64,000 nucleotides of DNA from Alphaproteobacteria bacterium (GCA_965662775.1 CBFIIW010000001.1:10515-74514); one strand, 5' to 3'. Shown: positions 39,201 through 48,942, numbered from the stretch's first letter. Numbers and translations are program-made. The notes: generated by a model not told the origin, from the sequence alone.

Positions 39201-39896
39201 CATTTCGCTTAGGCCCAGTCCTACGGCTCCCGAGCTTTCAACGGTATCGGTGACGCATTTCAGGCCAGCCCACGTCCCGGCATAGCGGCTGGCCGCATAG
39301 GCGAACAGGCCAAGCGGCAGAAAGTCGTGGATCGAAGCAGGATTGAGTACCGGGATGCCCATGCCGATGAGCATCGGTTCGGACTGGTGCGCGGTTGTCG
39401 ATGACTTTGAGGTGTGATCATCGCCGAAGGCCATGACTACGCCGCCGTGTTGTGACGATCCGGCAAGGTTACCGTGTTTCAGCGCGTCACCCGAGCGATC
39501 GACCCCCGGACCCTTGCCATACCAGAGCGAAAACACACCGTCGTATTCGGTTTTGTCACCGAACAGGCCGATTTGCTGCGTGCCCCATATTGCGGTTGCG
39601 GCCAGGTCCTCGTTCAGACCTTCCTGAAATTTCACCTCTGCCGAATTGAGGTAAGCCTGTGCCCGGTGCGCCGTTAAATCGACCCCGCCCAGCGGTGATC
39701 CGCGATAGCCAGAAACATAGCCGCCCGTTCGCAGTCCGGCGGCGCGGTCGCGTCGGGATTGCTCCAGCGTCAGGCGGATAAGCGCCTGGGTGCCCGTCAT
39801 AAAGGCAACGCCATCTTCGAGCGCGTATTTGTCGTCTAGCGTCACTGAAGCCAGTCGGTCGCTCGTCTCCGCAGTCAAAGGTGTACCGTCAGCCAT
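36297..39896 (-). CDS. indolepyruvate ferredoxin oxidoreductase family protein (fused alpha/beta)
   Basis: 1199 aa with TPP-binding and ferredoxin-type Cys clusters (...CAGCPHNTSTK..., ...CEGCGDCG...). Confidence 0.9.
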   Translation of the reverse strand: MADGTPLTAETSDRLASVTLDDKYALEDGVAFMTGTQALIRLTLEQSRRDRAAGLRTGGYVSGYRGSPLGGVDLTAHRAQAYLNSAEVKFQEGLNEDLAATAIWGTQQIGLFGDKTEYDGVFSLWYGKGPGVDRSGDALKHGNLAGSSQHGGVVMAFGDDHTSKSSTTAHQSEPMLIGMGIPVLNPASIHDFLPLGLFAYAASRYAGTWAGLKCVTDTVESSGAVGLGLSEMSFVTPTDFDLPPEGLNIRHPDAMLAQEERLWNLKLPAFQAFTRANRVNFQSHGDRTGVIRLGIVGVGKGYLETLDALRMLGISEADLGDLGIGVFKVAQVWPLEPQSFTDFALRCDELLIIEEKRPLVEDQAARLIVNARTTRRPPQLVGKTDPAGLPLLPRHGEFGALDVAKAIDQRLVAHSILDANPDRVGRLLPAPTIDRDNKPAPARVPWYCAGCPHNTSTKVPEGSKAGSGIGCHTLALYIYPERTIAYTHMGAEGSPWIGMSPFVETPHMFQNMGDGTYNHSGLLAIRAAVASGVNMTYKLLFNDAVALTGGQSHDGGLTPWAMTQQLAGEGVSQIVVVADDPEKYARGTPWAKGVTIRPREEMEAVQLELREVKGITILLYDQVCAAEKRRRRKRGKMDDPPKRLHINSAVCEGCGDCGVKSNCVAIKPIETPLGRKREIDQSVCNKDYSCLKGFCPSFVTVSGEEANQAAIKPAQTGSQASLPETALPAPEPANWEGEYNMLVTGIGGTGVTTVSALLGMAAHLDGLGSALLDQTGLSQKNGAVSSHVRLLPKGGDAGASKVAPGSLDLLLGCDLVVSTAPPIMATFMEGRTKAVVNDHVVPIALFTRQPDMPMQAAPLTKRIAGSIRTEDMTLVNATAIATKLLGDSIAANLFLVGVAVQLGLVPLSIASLERAIELNGVAVPFNKQALAWGRWMAIDPGMVTQLALGEVAAGTEQTEAADDALHGRVVPPTRTERVEMLTAYQNRAYAARFTASVEAFEARISEKLEPSAARRLTASAEAALHRAMSYKDEYEVARLYTNGRYQAELRAKFGPQYNLTFHLSPPLIAGRDPNTGEPRKIAFSGRWIWPLLSILKGLKVLRGTVLDPFGRTEERRGERAFIGTVEAILDRVANAAEAGKVSAAQALIDSTLHVRGFGPVKARNLAEFEAQLPALERDLDGTDTETQTPSTTVAKAAAV

Positions 39897-40884
39897 CTGC
39901 AGTCTCCCGTAATACCGTTAAGACTGCCTGAGATCGGTCCGCCAGTCCATAGGCCCGGCTTGCCGCACCCACGCGAACGTTGTGCTGCTCGTCAGCGCTC
40001 AGCGGACTGAGCCATTCATCCCAGATTCCAACCACTTCAGCGTATGTTTTGAACAATTTATCGACAGGGAAATTGCTGCCCAGCATGACCCGTTCTGGAC
40101 CGAAGGCATCGAGGATTGTCTGGAAGATCACGCGACAATTCTGGGCGCTCCAATGAGGATGATACATGCCAAGTCCTGAGAGCTTGATCGAGACGTTTGG
40201 CAGGCGGGAAAGCCGCCACACGCCTTCTGCCCAGTGCGCCAGCTCAGGTTCCGCCGCTGGGATCGCATTGCGGCGGTGCGCATCGAGCAGAAAATATGGT
40301 CCCGCGCAATGATCGACAATGATGGTCGTGTCTTCATGTTGGCTGATGAGCGCCACTGCATCATCGACCTGATCAGGATAGAGCTGCAGATCAAAGCGCG
40401 CGCCAAGCCCTGCCAGCAGCCCAAAATTTCGCTGCCAGCGGGAATCCTGCATCAACTCGGAAGGCACAAAGGACAGCTTAGGCGCCGTGGCAGTCCGCGC
40501 GACTATGTGCCGGATCCCTGCAAAACCGGGGACCGCCGCGTGCGCTTCGAGAACCGCTTGAGCGTCTTCACCAAGCAGGTTAACGAATCCGACCCACTTG
40601 CCCGGCTGGCCTGCGCCCGGGTCTCTTGCTGCCTGTTCCGCGATCCAGCGGCTTTCACTCACCGGATCGGGCAGGGCGCCGTCTGCCTGAACGTGCACGC
40701 TGGCCACCACGCCGCAGGCTGAGGCTTCAGCCCAGAACTCATCCTTGATGTAGTCGCGTTGAATCGGCGTGGGGTCTCCAAAGGGTTTTGGTGCACCGAT
40801 ATCGCGCAGCCAACTGTATTCGAGTGTTTGCGGTTCCCAGAGGTGATGGTGTGCATCGATAAATGGAGCGGGGTCGGTGGTCAT
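39889..40884 (-). CDS. amidohydrolase-2 family protein
   Basis: MTTDPAPFIDAHHHLWEP... is the metal-binding HxH start of the amidohydrolase_2 family. The SD aaggaa precedes the ATG at 40884. Confidence 0.75.
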   Translation of the reverse strand: MTTDPAPFIDAHHHLWEPQTLEYSWLRDIGAPKPFGDPTPIQRDYIKDEFWAEASACGVVASVHVQADGALPDPVSESRWIAEQAARDPGAGQPGKWVGFVNLLGEDAQAVLEAHAAVPGFAGIRHIVARTATAPKLSFVPSELMQDSRWQRNFGLLAGLGARFDLQLYPDQVDDAVALISQHEDTTIIVDHCAGPYFLLDAHRRNAIPAAEPELAHWAEGVWRLSRLPNVSIKLSGLGMYHPHWSAQNCRVIFQTILDAFGPERVMLGSNFPVDKLFKTYAEVVGIWDEWLSPLSADEQHNVRVGAASRAYGLADRSQAVLTVLRETADG

Positions 40885-41021
40885 GGCTCGATCATTCCTT
40901 GAGTGCAGCCTTGCAGGCGCGTGTCTTGTCAGGCTTCTGACACCTTTGTAGGGATGAAAGTCAAGGTGAGACGGACGTTTTACCTTAACGAAGCAGAGCA
41001 TGAACAAAGAGGTTGCAGCCG

Positions 41022-41648
41022 ATGGTGCGGATCTACGGCGATTGCTTGTCGGGCAACTGTTATAAATTGAAGCTCGTGGTCGAGCTGCTTGGCACCCCGC
41101 ATGTCTGGAAGTTCACAACGTGGACCGATGGATCAACACGGTCGGATGCGTTTCGCGCGATCAATCCGGCGGGCAAGGTTCCGGTCCTCGAAACATCCAA
41201 AGGCGAGATGATCCCTGAGAGCGGTGCGGCGCTGTACTACCTCGCGCGGGATAGTCACCTTTGGCCGGCTGCGGAAGTCGACCGGGCACAGGTCCTGCGC
41301 TGGATGTTCTTTGAGCAGTACAGCCACGAACCGAATATCGCGGTATCCCATTCCATCCGAACCGGGATTTACCAGTTTGACAACGCCGAAGAACGTCTTG
41401 CAGCTCTGCAGCCCAAGGGGCTCGATGCTCTTGCGACTATGGAGCAGCACCTGAAAACCAACGATTGGTTCGTCGCCGGGGCGCCGACCATCGCCGACAT
41501 CGCGCTTTACCCTTATACATCAAAGGCTCGTGTTGCCGGCTTTGACCTCGATGCCTTTCCGGCCGTCGTTGCTTGGCTGGCCCGGCTCGAGCGGTTGCTG
41601 GGCTTCATTTCCTTTGACGAAGCTATCGCTCAGACAAGTCCGGCGTGA
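41022..41648 (+). CDS. glutathione S-transferase
   Basis: MVRIYGDCLSGNCYKLKLVVELLG... thioredoxin-like N-domain, then ...GKVPVLE... and a GST C-domain. Confidence 0.8.
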   Translation: MVRIYGDCLSGNCYKLKLVVELLGTPHVWKFTTWTDGSTRSDAFRAINPAGKVPVLETSKGEMIPESGAALYYLARDSHLWPAAEVDRAQVLRWMFFEQYSHEPNIAVSHSIRTGIYQFDNAEERLAALQPKGLDALATMEQHLKTNDWFVAGAPTIADIALYPYTSKARVAGFDLDAFPAVVAWLARLERLLGFISFDEAIAQTSPA

Positions 41649-41768
41649 TATCGCATGGGTCAGTCTGAAGGCACTGGCATTTCGCGCTGCCCATCGACAT
41701 CCATTGATAACGACGCGCACGCACGGACAACAACCCTGCGACGACGCGGCGATTAGGGAGACTATGCC

Positions 41769-42476
41769 ATGACCCCCCACATCGAGGCCACCAAGGGCGA
41801 CTATGCTGAAGACATTCTCCTTCCCGGTGATCCAGCGAGGGCGGAGTGGATTGCAGAAACCTTCCTCTCTGACGTGCGGGTGGTCAATCGAGTCCGCGGT
41901 GCCATCGGGTTGACAGGCACCTATCAGGGTCGACCGGTCTCCGTACAGGCGACGGGCATGGGAATGCCCTCGGCTGCGATCTATCTCAATGAGCTTTTGA
42001 TGGAATACGGGGTAAAACGCATGATCCGCGTTGGCACCTGTGGCGGTCTCAATGCAGACTATCACGTGCGAGACATGGTGCTGGCACAGGCAGCCTCGAC
42101 CAATTCTAATCAGAACGCGTCTCTGTTCGCGCCCTATCAATTTGCCGCTGTTGCAGACTACGGTTTGCTGAGCACTGCGGCGCGACTGGCGGAGAAAGCT
42201 GGGCTGCGCACCGTTGTGGGTGGCATTGTCACCGACGACAACTTCTATGACCCCATGGGCGGCGCGCCTTATGAAGTGCTCAAGAAGCACGGCACCGTTG
42301 CAGTCGAAATGGAAACCGCGGCTGTCTATACCATCGCAGCCCGCTTTGGTGCCAAGGCCCTGACCATTGCTACAATTTCGGATTGCCTCATCACCCATGA
42401 GCAGTTGTCACCCGACGCGCGGCAGGAGAGCTTGGTCGAGATGGTGCAGCTTGCGCTCGATACGCTCGCGTCCTGA
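41769..42476 (+). CDS. deoD: purine nucleoside phosphorylase, DeoD type
   Basis: MTPHIEATKGDYAEDILLPGDPARAEWIAE...GMGMPSAAIY...RVGTCGG..., the hexameric PNP family. Confidence 0.9.
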   Translation: MTPHIEATKGDYAEDILLPGDPARAEWIAETFLSDVRVVNRVRGAIGLTGTYQGRPVSVQATGMGMPSAAIYLNELLMEYGVKRMIRVGTCGGLNADYHVRDMVLAQAASTNSNQNASLFAPYQFAAVADYGLLSTAARLAEKAGLRTVVGGIVTDDNFYDPMGGAPYEVLKKHGTVAVEMETAAVYTIAARFGAKALTIATISDCLITHEQLSPDARQESLVEMVQLALDTLAS

Positions 42477-42514
42477 CCCCGGCCAGCGCGCGTGCTCAGG
42501 TTTCGGCTTACCCC

Positions 42515-43435
42515 ATGAAGACTCCGCTGCCCCTGGTATATGCCAGCGCCTATCAGGCCGACATCCCCATCGATCATCGCTTTCCCATGGGCAAATATAG
42601 CGCAGTTTTCGCGCTGCTGTCCAAGCGGTCATGGTTTGCTGACGTCTCCTCACATCAGGCAATTCCCGCAACGGTTCAACAGGCAAGCCTCGCCCACGAC
42701 CCAGACTACGTTCGACGCGTGGCATCGGGGCAGCTCACCCCCGACGAAGTGCGGGTGATCGGGCTACCTCAGAACCCAACGGTGCGGGAGCGCTCATTTG
42801 CTTCTGCGGGCGGCACTATGCTGGCCTGCCGACTGGCGTTGCGCGCGGGGTGGGCCGGGTCGCTTGCGGGTGGCTCACACCACGCGGGCCCGCACGGGGG
42901 CCGCGGCTTTTGCGTGATGAACGACGTGGGGATTGCGCTTTCCTGGCTGCTCGCAGATGAAACGCTCAGTCGTGCGTTGGTGCTGGATTTGGACGTGCAT
43001 CAAGGTGATGGGACGGCGGAGATTTTTGCGTCCGAAAGCCGAGTTCATACGGTCAGCCTGCACTGCGAGGACAATTTTCCTTTCCGAAAAGCCCGATCTG
43101 ACGTCGACGTTGGCGTGCCAGCCGGGACCGGGAACCGTGGCTATCTGCGAGCACTGGACGGGTTGCTGTCTGCAATCGAGCCACAGGCTCGACGGGCCGA
43201 TTTGATTGTTGTCAATGCCGGTGTTGACCCACATGGGGGTGACCGCCTCGGGCGGCTGGATTTGAGCGATGAGGGACTGGCTCAGCGCGATGCTACGGTC
43301 TTTGACTGGGCGCGGGGCCTGGGAAAGCCCCTTTGCGTCGTCATGGGCGGGGGTTACGATCATCGCATAGAGGTCATTGCTGAGCGTCACGCTCAGGTCT
43401 ACGACCGCCTGTTTAGCGCCGCCAGCAGAGGTTAG
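42515..43435 (+). CDS. histone deacetylase-family protein (AcuC/HDAC-like)
   Basis: ...GFCVMNDVGIA..., ...LDLDVHQGDGT..., the HDAC zinc-binding motifs. Confidence 0.8.
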   Translation: MKTPLPLVYASAYQADIPIDHRFPMGKYSAVFALLSKRSWFADVSSHQAIPATVQQASLAHDPDYVRRVASGQLTPDEVRVIGLPQNPTVRERSFASAGGTMLACRLALRAGWAGSLAGGSHHAGPHGGRGFCVMNDVGIALSWLLADETLSRALVLDLDVHQGDGTAEIFASESRVHTVSLHCEDNFPFRKARSDVDVGVPAGTGNRGYLRALDGLLSAIEPQARRADLIVVNAGVDPHGGDRLGRLDLSDEGLAQRDATVFDWARGLGKPLCVVMGGGYDHRIEVIAERHAQVYDRLFSAASRG

Positions 43436-43440
43436 AACCC

Positions 43441-43965
43441 ATGCCCCGTATTTTTGAACTTGATGGCGTTGCGCCTCAAATCGACCCCGGAGCCTATATC
43501 GCGCCGGGTGCTGTTATCATCGGCAACGTACGGATCGCAGCAGGTGCATCAGTATGGTTCAACGCCGTGCTTCGTGGCGACAACGAGATCATCGATATCG
43601 GTAAAAATGCCAACGTGCAGGATGGTGCCGTGGTTCACACCGACATTGGATATCCGGTCTTGATTGAAGCAGATGTAACCGTGGGCCATTCGGTCATTCT
43701 CCATGGCTGTCATCTCAAGCATGGCTGCCTGATTGGCATGGGTGCAACGGTTCTGAACGGTGCGGTGATTTCTGAAGGCTCTCTGGTCGGTGCCGGCGCA
43801 CTGGTCACGGAGGGCAAGAGCTTCGAGCCCGGACAGTTGATTGTCGGCAGCCCGGCACGGGCAATCCGCGCGCTGGATGAGGGTGGCCGAGCCATGGCAG
43901 TAGGCGGCAGCCGCTTCTACACTGCAAACAGCCAACGCTTTGCCAAGTCGCTCAAACCGGTCTAA
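43441..43965 (+). CDS. gamma-carbonic anhydrase-family (hexapeptide repeat) protein
   Basis: Left-handed beta-helix hexapeptide repeats with the His motifs (...VGHSVILHGC...) of the gamma-CA/YrdA family. Confidence 0.8.
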   Translation: MPRIFELDGVAPQIDPGAYIAPGAVIIGNVRIAAGASVWFNAVLRGDNEIIDIGKNANVQDGAVVHTDIGYPVLIEADVTVGHSVILHGCHLKHGCLIGMGATVLNGAVISEGSLVGAGALVTEGKSFEPGQLIVGSPARAIRALDEGGRAMAVGGSRFYTANSQRFAKSLKPV

Positions 43966-44015
43966 CTCACACCTACAGGAACCACTCTGCGGGCAGCATT
44001 GATAGGAAATTCAGC

Positions 44016-44894
44016 ATGGCAAAAGTCGCCTTCCTTGGCCTTGGGGTCATGGGGTATCCCATGGCTGGCCACCTCGCCAGCGCGGGGCACAGCGTAACCG
44101 TCTATAATCGAAGTTTCCCCAAGGCCGAGGCTTGGAGCGGACAACACAAGGGTGTGAGCCAGCCGACCCCACGCGAGGCCGCTGCCGGTCAGAGCCTCGT
44201 GTTTGCCTGCGTCGGCAATGATGACGACCTTCGCGAGGTCTGCCTAGCGCCCGATGGAGCTTTTGCCGGAATGGACCCGGGCGCGCTGTTCGTCGATCAC
44301 ACTACCGTATCGCCAACCGTCACACGCGAGCTTGCGCAGGCTGCTGCTGCGAAGAGACTGCGCTACGTCGACGCGCCAATCTCAGGCGGACAGGCGGGGG
44401 CTGAAAACGCTGTCCTCACAGTCATGTGTGGCGGTGATCAGGCAGATTTCGATGAAGCCTTCCCGGCGATCGACGCTTACGCCAAGAAGTGCATCCTTAT
44501 TGGGCCGGTCGGCGCAGGGCAGCAGACGAAGATGCTGAACCAGATTTGTATTGCCGGGCTGGTGCAGGGTTTGTCGGAAGCCGTAGCGCTGGGGCAGGCG
44601 CTGGAGCTGGATATGGAGGCTGTACTGGACGTGATTTCCGGCGGCGCGGCACAGAGCTGGCAGATGGAAAACCGGGGCAAGACCATGGTCGCCGACCAGT
44701 TTGATTTCGGTTTTGCCGTGGACTGGATGCGGAAAGACTTGAGCATCTGCCTTGATGAGGCCCGCGCCAATGGGATGACCCTGCCTGTGACGGCGCTGGT
44801 GGATCAATTCTACGGTGACGTTCAAAAGATGGGCGGCGGACGCTGGGACACCTCCAGCCTCTTGCGGCGGTTGACCAAAACGCCAGAGGTCTGA
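44016..44894 (+). CDS. NAD(P)-dependent oxidoreductase, 3-hydroxyisobutyrate dehydrogenase family
   Basis: MAKVAFLGLGVMGYPMAGHL Rossmann start, then the HIBADH-like C-terminal region. Confidence 0.8.
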   Translation: MAKVAFLGLGVMGYPMAGHLASAGHSVTVYNRSFPKAEAWSGQHKGVSQPTPREAAAGQSLVFACVGNDDDLREVCLAPDGAFAGMDPGALFVDHTTVSPTVTRELAQAAAAKRLRYVDAPISGGQAGAENAVLTVMCGGDQADFDEAFPAIDAYAKKCILIGPVGAGQQTKMLNQICIAGLVQGLSEAVALGQALELDMEAVLDVISGGAAQSWQMENRGKTMVADQFDFGFAVDWMRKDLSICLDEARANGMTLPVTALVDQFYGDVQKMGGGRWDTSSLLRRLTKTPEV

Positions 44895-44984
44895 TCGATG
44901 CGAGAGGCGTGGACGAGGGCGCTTTGGCCCTTACAACTGTTTCCAAGGTTCGCTTTAAGGGCGCACCCAGCTACGGCTGGTGCA

Positions 44985-45446
44985 ATGCTACTGCTGCTAC
45001 TGCTACTGCTGCTGCTGCCGTTGCCCTTACCTGCCTTAGCCTCAGGGACGGGCGAGGGGACAGGAGACGGCGTTCAGTGGTTGCGTATGACCCATGCGGA
45101 TTTTCTGGCGATACTCGACGCCAATCCCGAAGGGTTCACGCTGGTTTTTACCGATGCTGAAGGCCAGTGGCTTGGGCGCGAGTATCATAGCCCAGATTTG
45201 CGGGTTTATCTGGAGTTTGGCTCGGATCGAGAACGGATCACCGGCCAGTTAGCTTTGGCTGAGGGCGATCAGTTCTGCTACCGATACCCCAGCTACTCAC
45301 AGGAATTTTGCTGGCTGTATTTCCAGTCAGAACAGGGGTTTATGGAAGAAAGTACAACAACTGACGAAGTTGACTTCTTTGCGGTCGTACCGGGTAACGT
45401 CTTTGTCGAGGATTTTGGAACAAGATGGTCACAACGCTTTGATTGA
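44985..45446 (+). CDS. hypothetical secreted protein with poly-Leu signal peptide
   Basis: MLLLLLLLLLLPLPLPALASGTGEG.... The signal peptide is encoded by a CTG/CTA-rich run at 44988-45017. The 182-aa ORF from 44898 is the alternative. Confidence 0.45.
   Translation: MLLLLLLLLLLPLPLPALASGTGEGTGDGVQWLRMTHADFLAILDANPEGFTLVFTDAEGQWLGREYHSPDLRVYLEFGSDRERITGQLALAEGDQFCYRYPSYSQEFCWLYFQSEQGFMEESTTTDEVDFFAVVPGNVFVEDFGTRWSQRFD
44988..45017. repeat. CTG/CTA-rich trinucleotide run encoding poly-Leu
   Basis: cta ctg ctg cta ctg cta ctg ctg ctg ctg, i.e. 10 consecutive Leu codons. Confidence 0.8.
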
Positions 45447-45622
45447 AGGGCCGAATTTTGGTTTAATGCAGTCTTTCCTCCTATCAGGCCGTTGTGCTAC
45501 CTTTTATGCGACTACAGGGGTTTCTCGCTGCAGTCATCTGGGTGATGCCGGGCTAAGGATCAGCAAGATATCGTGTTCTGTTTCAGGTACCTGGCGGAAT
45601 AAGTTCAACCGCGAGGCGTATA

Positions 45623-46468
45623 ATGAGCTTCCTCTTTTCAGTGCCTGATGGGCGGGTAGTGACCGTTGCTCGCTACCTGGTACTGTTGCTGATTGTGGTG
45701 CCTGCGTTTTGCGTGATAGGCGTTCACGTCGCACAGGCGCAGACACAACCCCTGTTTCGCTCCAGCGTGACGTCTACCTCGGTTGAGAGTATTTACAGCG
45801 TACCTTTCGAGGCGTTCGCTGGACAATGGCTGGGCGGTGTTCCCACCTCACCAGTGGATGCGGCTTCGCTGGAAATCCTGCAGTCGTTCGGCTTCAGGGG
45901 GTGGCTACGCAGCCAGAACCACCGGGCCTTCGCCATTGGTGCGCCGGAGAGTTGCCCTTATAGCTGGCGTTCTTCTGGGTACCCGAACCGAGAAATGGCG
46001 GTTGAAGCTGCGCTGACGGCGTGCGTTCGGGGGGCGCTTAAATTCAACGGGCATCAGCCCGAGCAGTGCGGTTGCCGGGTGGCTGTGGTGGATAACCAGT
46101 TGTATGTAGATTCAGCCGCCCTAAAAGTTCCAAAAATTGTGCCGGCGCTTTGGGATTTTGGCAACGGTAATTTGATTGTTGGTGTGCTTCAGTACGATCA
46201 ACTGTTCGGGCGGGATAATGCCGTACAGTTCAGAGACAATCAGGGAAATCTGCGATGTCAGGGGTCATTTTCAGCCTCACTAGCGCTGATCGATAACAGC
46301 TTTCGGCTCAACTGTGACTTCGCGACGGGTGTTTTGCGGGGTAGTCTTGGTTTGCGCAATCTGCAGAGTTTTAACCCGCATGGCGAAACGGTAGTCCGGA
46401 CGGATGACGATCGGCGTATTCGTTTCGTTGTCGCGCAATCCATCGTCGATTATGTCCAGGGCCAGTAG
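45623..46468 (+). CDS. hypothetical secreted Cys-containing protein
   Basis: Signal anchor VARYLVLLLIVVPAFCVIGVHVAQAQ. 281 aa, no known motif. Confidence 0.45.
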   Translation: MSFLFSVPDGRVVTVARYLVLLLIVVPAFCVIGVHVAQAQTQPLFRSSVTSTSVESIYSVPFEAFAGQWLGGVPTSPVDAASLEILQSFGFRGWLRSQNHRAFAIGAPESCPYSWRSSGYPNREMAVEAALTACVRGALKFNGHQPEQCGCRVAVVDNQLYVDSAALKVPKIVPALWDFGNGNLIVGVLQYDQLFGRDNAVQFRDNQGNLRCQGSFSASLALIDNSFRLNCDFATGVLRGSLGLRNLQSFNPHGETVVRTDDDRRIRFVVAQSIVDYVQGQ

Positions 46469-46680
46469 CAATTCGGTCCACGACACTCGCGTAGCTGGAA
46501 TGAATAGGGCTTGGCTGCCACCACTACCGGGATCAGACCTGCGCCACGCGGTCTGCTGCTTGGGTTGATCTTCGCCCCCTGATCCCGCAAAAGCATCGCG
46601 ATTGCCTGGGTTTGCTTGCATTTGCGTCTGGTGCCCCGTGGCGATGTCCAGAATACATGCCGATGAGAAGGATTCCCAGG

Positions 46681-48387
46681 ATGGCATTTGAGCGCGTTCC
46701 TGAACTTTATGCTGCCCCCAATGAGCGGGCGGAGTTGCTCGATAAAATTAAGGACATGCCGTCGATCGATCTGAGCCCACGTCAGCTCTGCGATCTGGAA
46801 CTCATGATGAACGGTGGCTTTGCGCCACTCACTGGATTCCTCGGCAAAGAGGATTATGAAAGCGTGCTCGAAAACATGCGTCTGAGTTCTGGCGCGCTTT
46901 GGCCAATTCCTATCAACCTCGATGTCAGCGAAGCCGTCGCTGAGAGCCTGGAACTCGGTAGCCAAGCTGTGTTGCGCGATTTGGAAGGCGTGCCGCTTGC
47001 CGTCATCGACGTTGAAGAGATGTATCGACCGGATAAGCACCGTGAAGCGGAACTGGTTTTTGGCGCTGATGACAGCGCGCACCCTGCGGTACGGTACCTG
47101 CACAATCAAACCGGACCTGTTTACATCGGTGGTGCTGTCACCGGTATCGACGAACCGGTGCACTATGACTATCGCCAGCACCGACACACTCCGAACGATT
47201 TGCGGCGTATGTTCCACAAATGGGGCTGGCGCAAGGTGGTGGCCTTCCAAACCCGTAACCCGTTGCACCGTGCCCACGTGGAACTGACAGTTCGAGCCTC
47301 GCAACTGACAGAAGCAAATCTGCTCATCCATCCTGTGGTCGGTATGACAAAGCCGGGTGATGTCGATCACTTCACCCGCGTGCGCTGCTACGAAGCCATA
47401 ATGCGGCACTATCCCGATCAAACGACGTCTATGGCCCTGCTGCACCTTGCTATGCGGATGGCCGGCCCGCGCGAAGCGCTATGGCACGCATTGATTCGTC
47501 GGAATCACGGGTGCACTCACTTTATCGTCGGGCGGGACCACGCTGGACCGGGCAAGAACTCGCAAGGTGAGGATTTTTATGGCCCGTACGACGCTCAGGA
47601 GCTGGTCACCCAGTATGCGGAAGAAATCGGTATCGAAATGGTGCCGTTTCAGGCCATGGTATTCGTGCAGGAACGTGCCCAGTATGTACCGATCAACGAG
47701 GTTGGCCCAGACGAGACCCAGCTGAATATCTCCGGTACCGAGCTGCGCCGTCGACTGCGCGAGGGTCTGGAAATTGACGAGTGGTTCTCTTACCCTGACG
47801 TTGTGCAGGAACTGCGCAAGACTCACCCGCCGCGTAACCAGCAGGGTTTTACGCTTTTCTTCACAGGTCTTTCAGGATCGGGGAAGTCGACCATCGCGAA
47901 TGCCGTGATGACCAAACTGCTGGAGGCAGGGGGGCGTCCTGTGACGTTGCTCGATGGCGACGTGGTGCGTAAGAATCTCTCGTCCGAGCTGACCTTTTCA
48001 AAGGAACACCGCGACCTGAACATTCAGCGGATCGGTTATGTCGCCTCCGAGATTACCAAGAATGGCGGTATCGCCATCTGTGCACCAATCGCCCCCTATA
48101 AGGCGACCCGTGATCAGGTCCGCGACATGATTGAGCCTCTGGGCGGTTTCCTTGAAATACACGTGGCAACCAGTCTTGAGGTTTGTGAAGGTCGCGACCG
48201 CAAAGGATTGTATGCGAAGGCCCGTGCGGGTTTGATTAAGGAATTCACCGGGATTGATGACCCCTATGAAACCCCGGTCAATGCCGAGCTGGTGCTCGAT
48301 ACTGACGACACGACGCCGGATGAGTCGGCACACAAGATCCTGCTCAAGCTAGAGTCTATGGGGCTGCTCTCGGGTCGTACCGGTTAA
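46681..48387 (+). CDS. sat: bifunctional sulfate adenylyltransferase (Sat type) / adenylylsulfate kinase
   Basis: ATP-sulfurylase motifs ...QTRNPLHRAHVEL... and ...GRDHAGPG.... The C-terminal APS kinase has P-loop FTGLSGSGKSTIANAV. Confidence 0.9.
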   Translation: MAFERVPELYAAPNERAELLDKIKDMPSIDLSPRQLCDLELMMNGGFAPLTGFLGKEDYESVLENMRLSSGALWPIPINLDVSEAVAESLELGSQAVLRDLEGVPLAVIDVEEMYRPDKHREAELVFGADDSAHPAVRYLHNQTGPVYIGGAVTGIDEPVHYDYRQHRHTPNDLRRMFHKWGWRKVVAFQTRNPLHRAHVELTVRASQLTEANLLIHPVVGMTKPGDVDHFTRVRCYEAIMRHYPDQTTSMALLHLAMRMAGPREALWHALIRRNHGCTHFIVGRDHAGPGKNSQGEDFYGPYDAQELVTQYAEEIGIEMVPFQAMVFVQERAQYVPINEVGPDETQLNISGTELRRRLREGLEIDEWFSYPDVVQELRKTHPPRNQQGFTLFFTGLSGSGKSTIANAVMTKLLEAGGRPVTLLDGDVVRKNLSSELTFSKEHRDLNIQRIGYVASEITKNGGIAICAPIAPYKATRDQVRDMIEPLGGFLEIHVATSLEVCEGRDRKGLYAKARAGLIKEFTGIDDPYETPVNAELVLDTDDTTPDESAHKILLKLESMGLLSGRTG

Positions 48388-48421
48388 TAGGCGCCGAACC
48401 TGCATCCAGGCCAGAAGAACA

Positions 48422-48459
48422 AGGGCCGGGTTCAGAGGCTGAGCCCGGCCCTATTGTTG
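48422..48459 (+). terminator. rho-independent terminator after sat/cysC
   Basis: A 9-bp stem agggccggg/cccggccct and a 13-nt loop, followed by attgttg. Confidence 0.55.
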
Positions 48460-48615
48460 CCAAAAAGTCGCTTTCCAAGAGATGCAGTCGCTATAATCAC
48501 CTCACCACAAGCCTTTACACGACACAGGCGTCCCGCTCCGCTATACTTTTATTGTATTTTATTTGTTGATTTCAATTCGTCCGAGGCGTGACCCACCAGA
48601 TTTCAAGGGTCGTCG

Positions 48616-48942
48616 ATGGAGGCTGTCACCATGATCCGATTGTTGCTGTGCGTGCCGCTGTTCGGTCTCGGGGCCTGTGATTTCGCAGCACCCACCATCA
48701 AGGCGCGAAACCCGGAAATATCATTGGTCCCGCGAGATGGTGAAGTCAGGTTAATCGACATCCGTCGGGGTGTTGCACACTTGGAAGCCACATGTAATCC
48801 CGGCATCAGTGCGATTTGTGGCGTCTATGCGGCCCGTTGGTGCGAAGATGTGCCCAAGGTCTACGACCAGCAAAAGTACCTGACCAGTGCTGGAGGACGA
48901 GAGCGGACCGTTTACCTGGCGAGCTGTGATCCCCGAGTTTAA
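48616..48942 (+). CDS. hypothetical lipoprotein
   Basis: Lipobox LFGLGAC. The mature part has 5 Cys. An AT-rich promoter-like region lies upstream (48530-48590). Confidence 0.5.
   Translation: MEAVTMIRLLLCVPLFGLGACDFAAPTIKARNPEISLVPRDGEVRLIDIRRGVAHLEATCNPGISAICGVYAARWCEDVPKVYDQQKYLTSAGGRERTVYLASCDPRV

Noticed and set aside
46450-47445. 331-aa ORF on the minus strand
   Set aside because: It lies entirely antisense within the well-supported sat/cysC gene, whose sulfurylase and APS-kinase motifs are intact. It is a typical high-GC shadow ORF.
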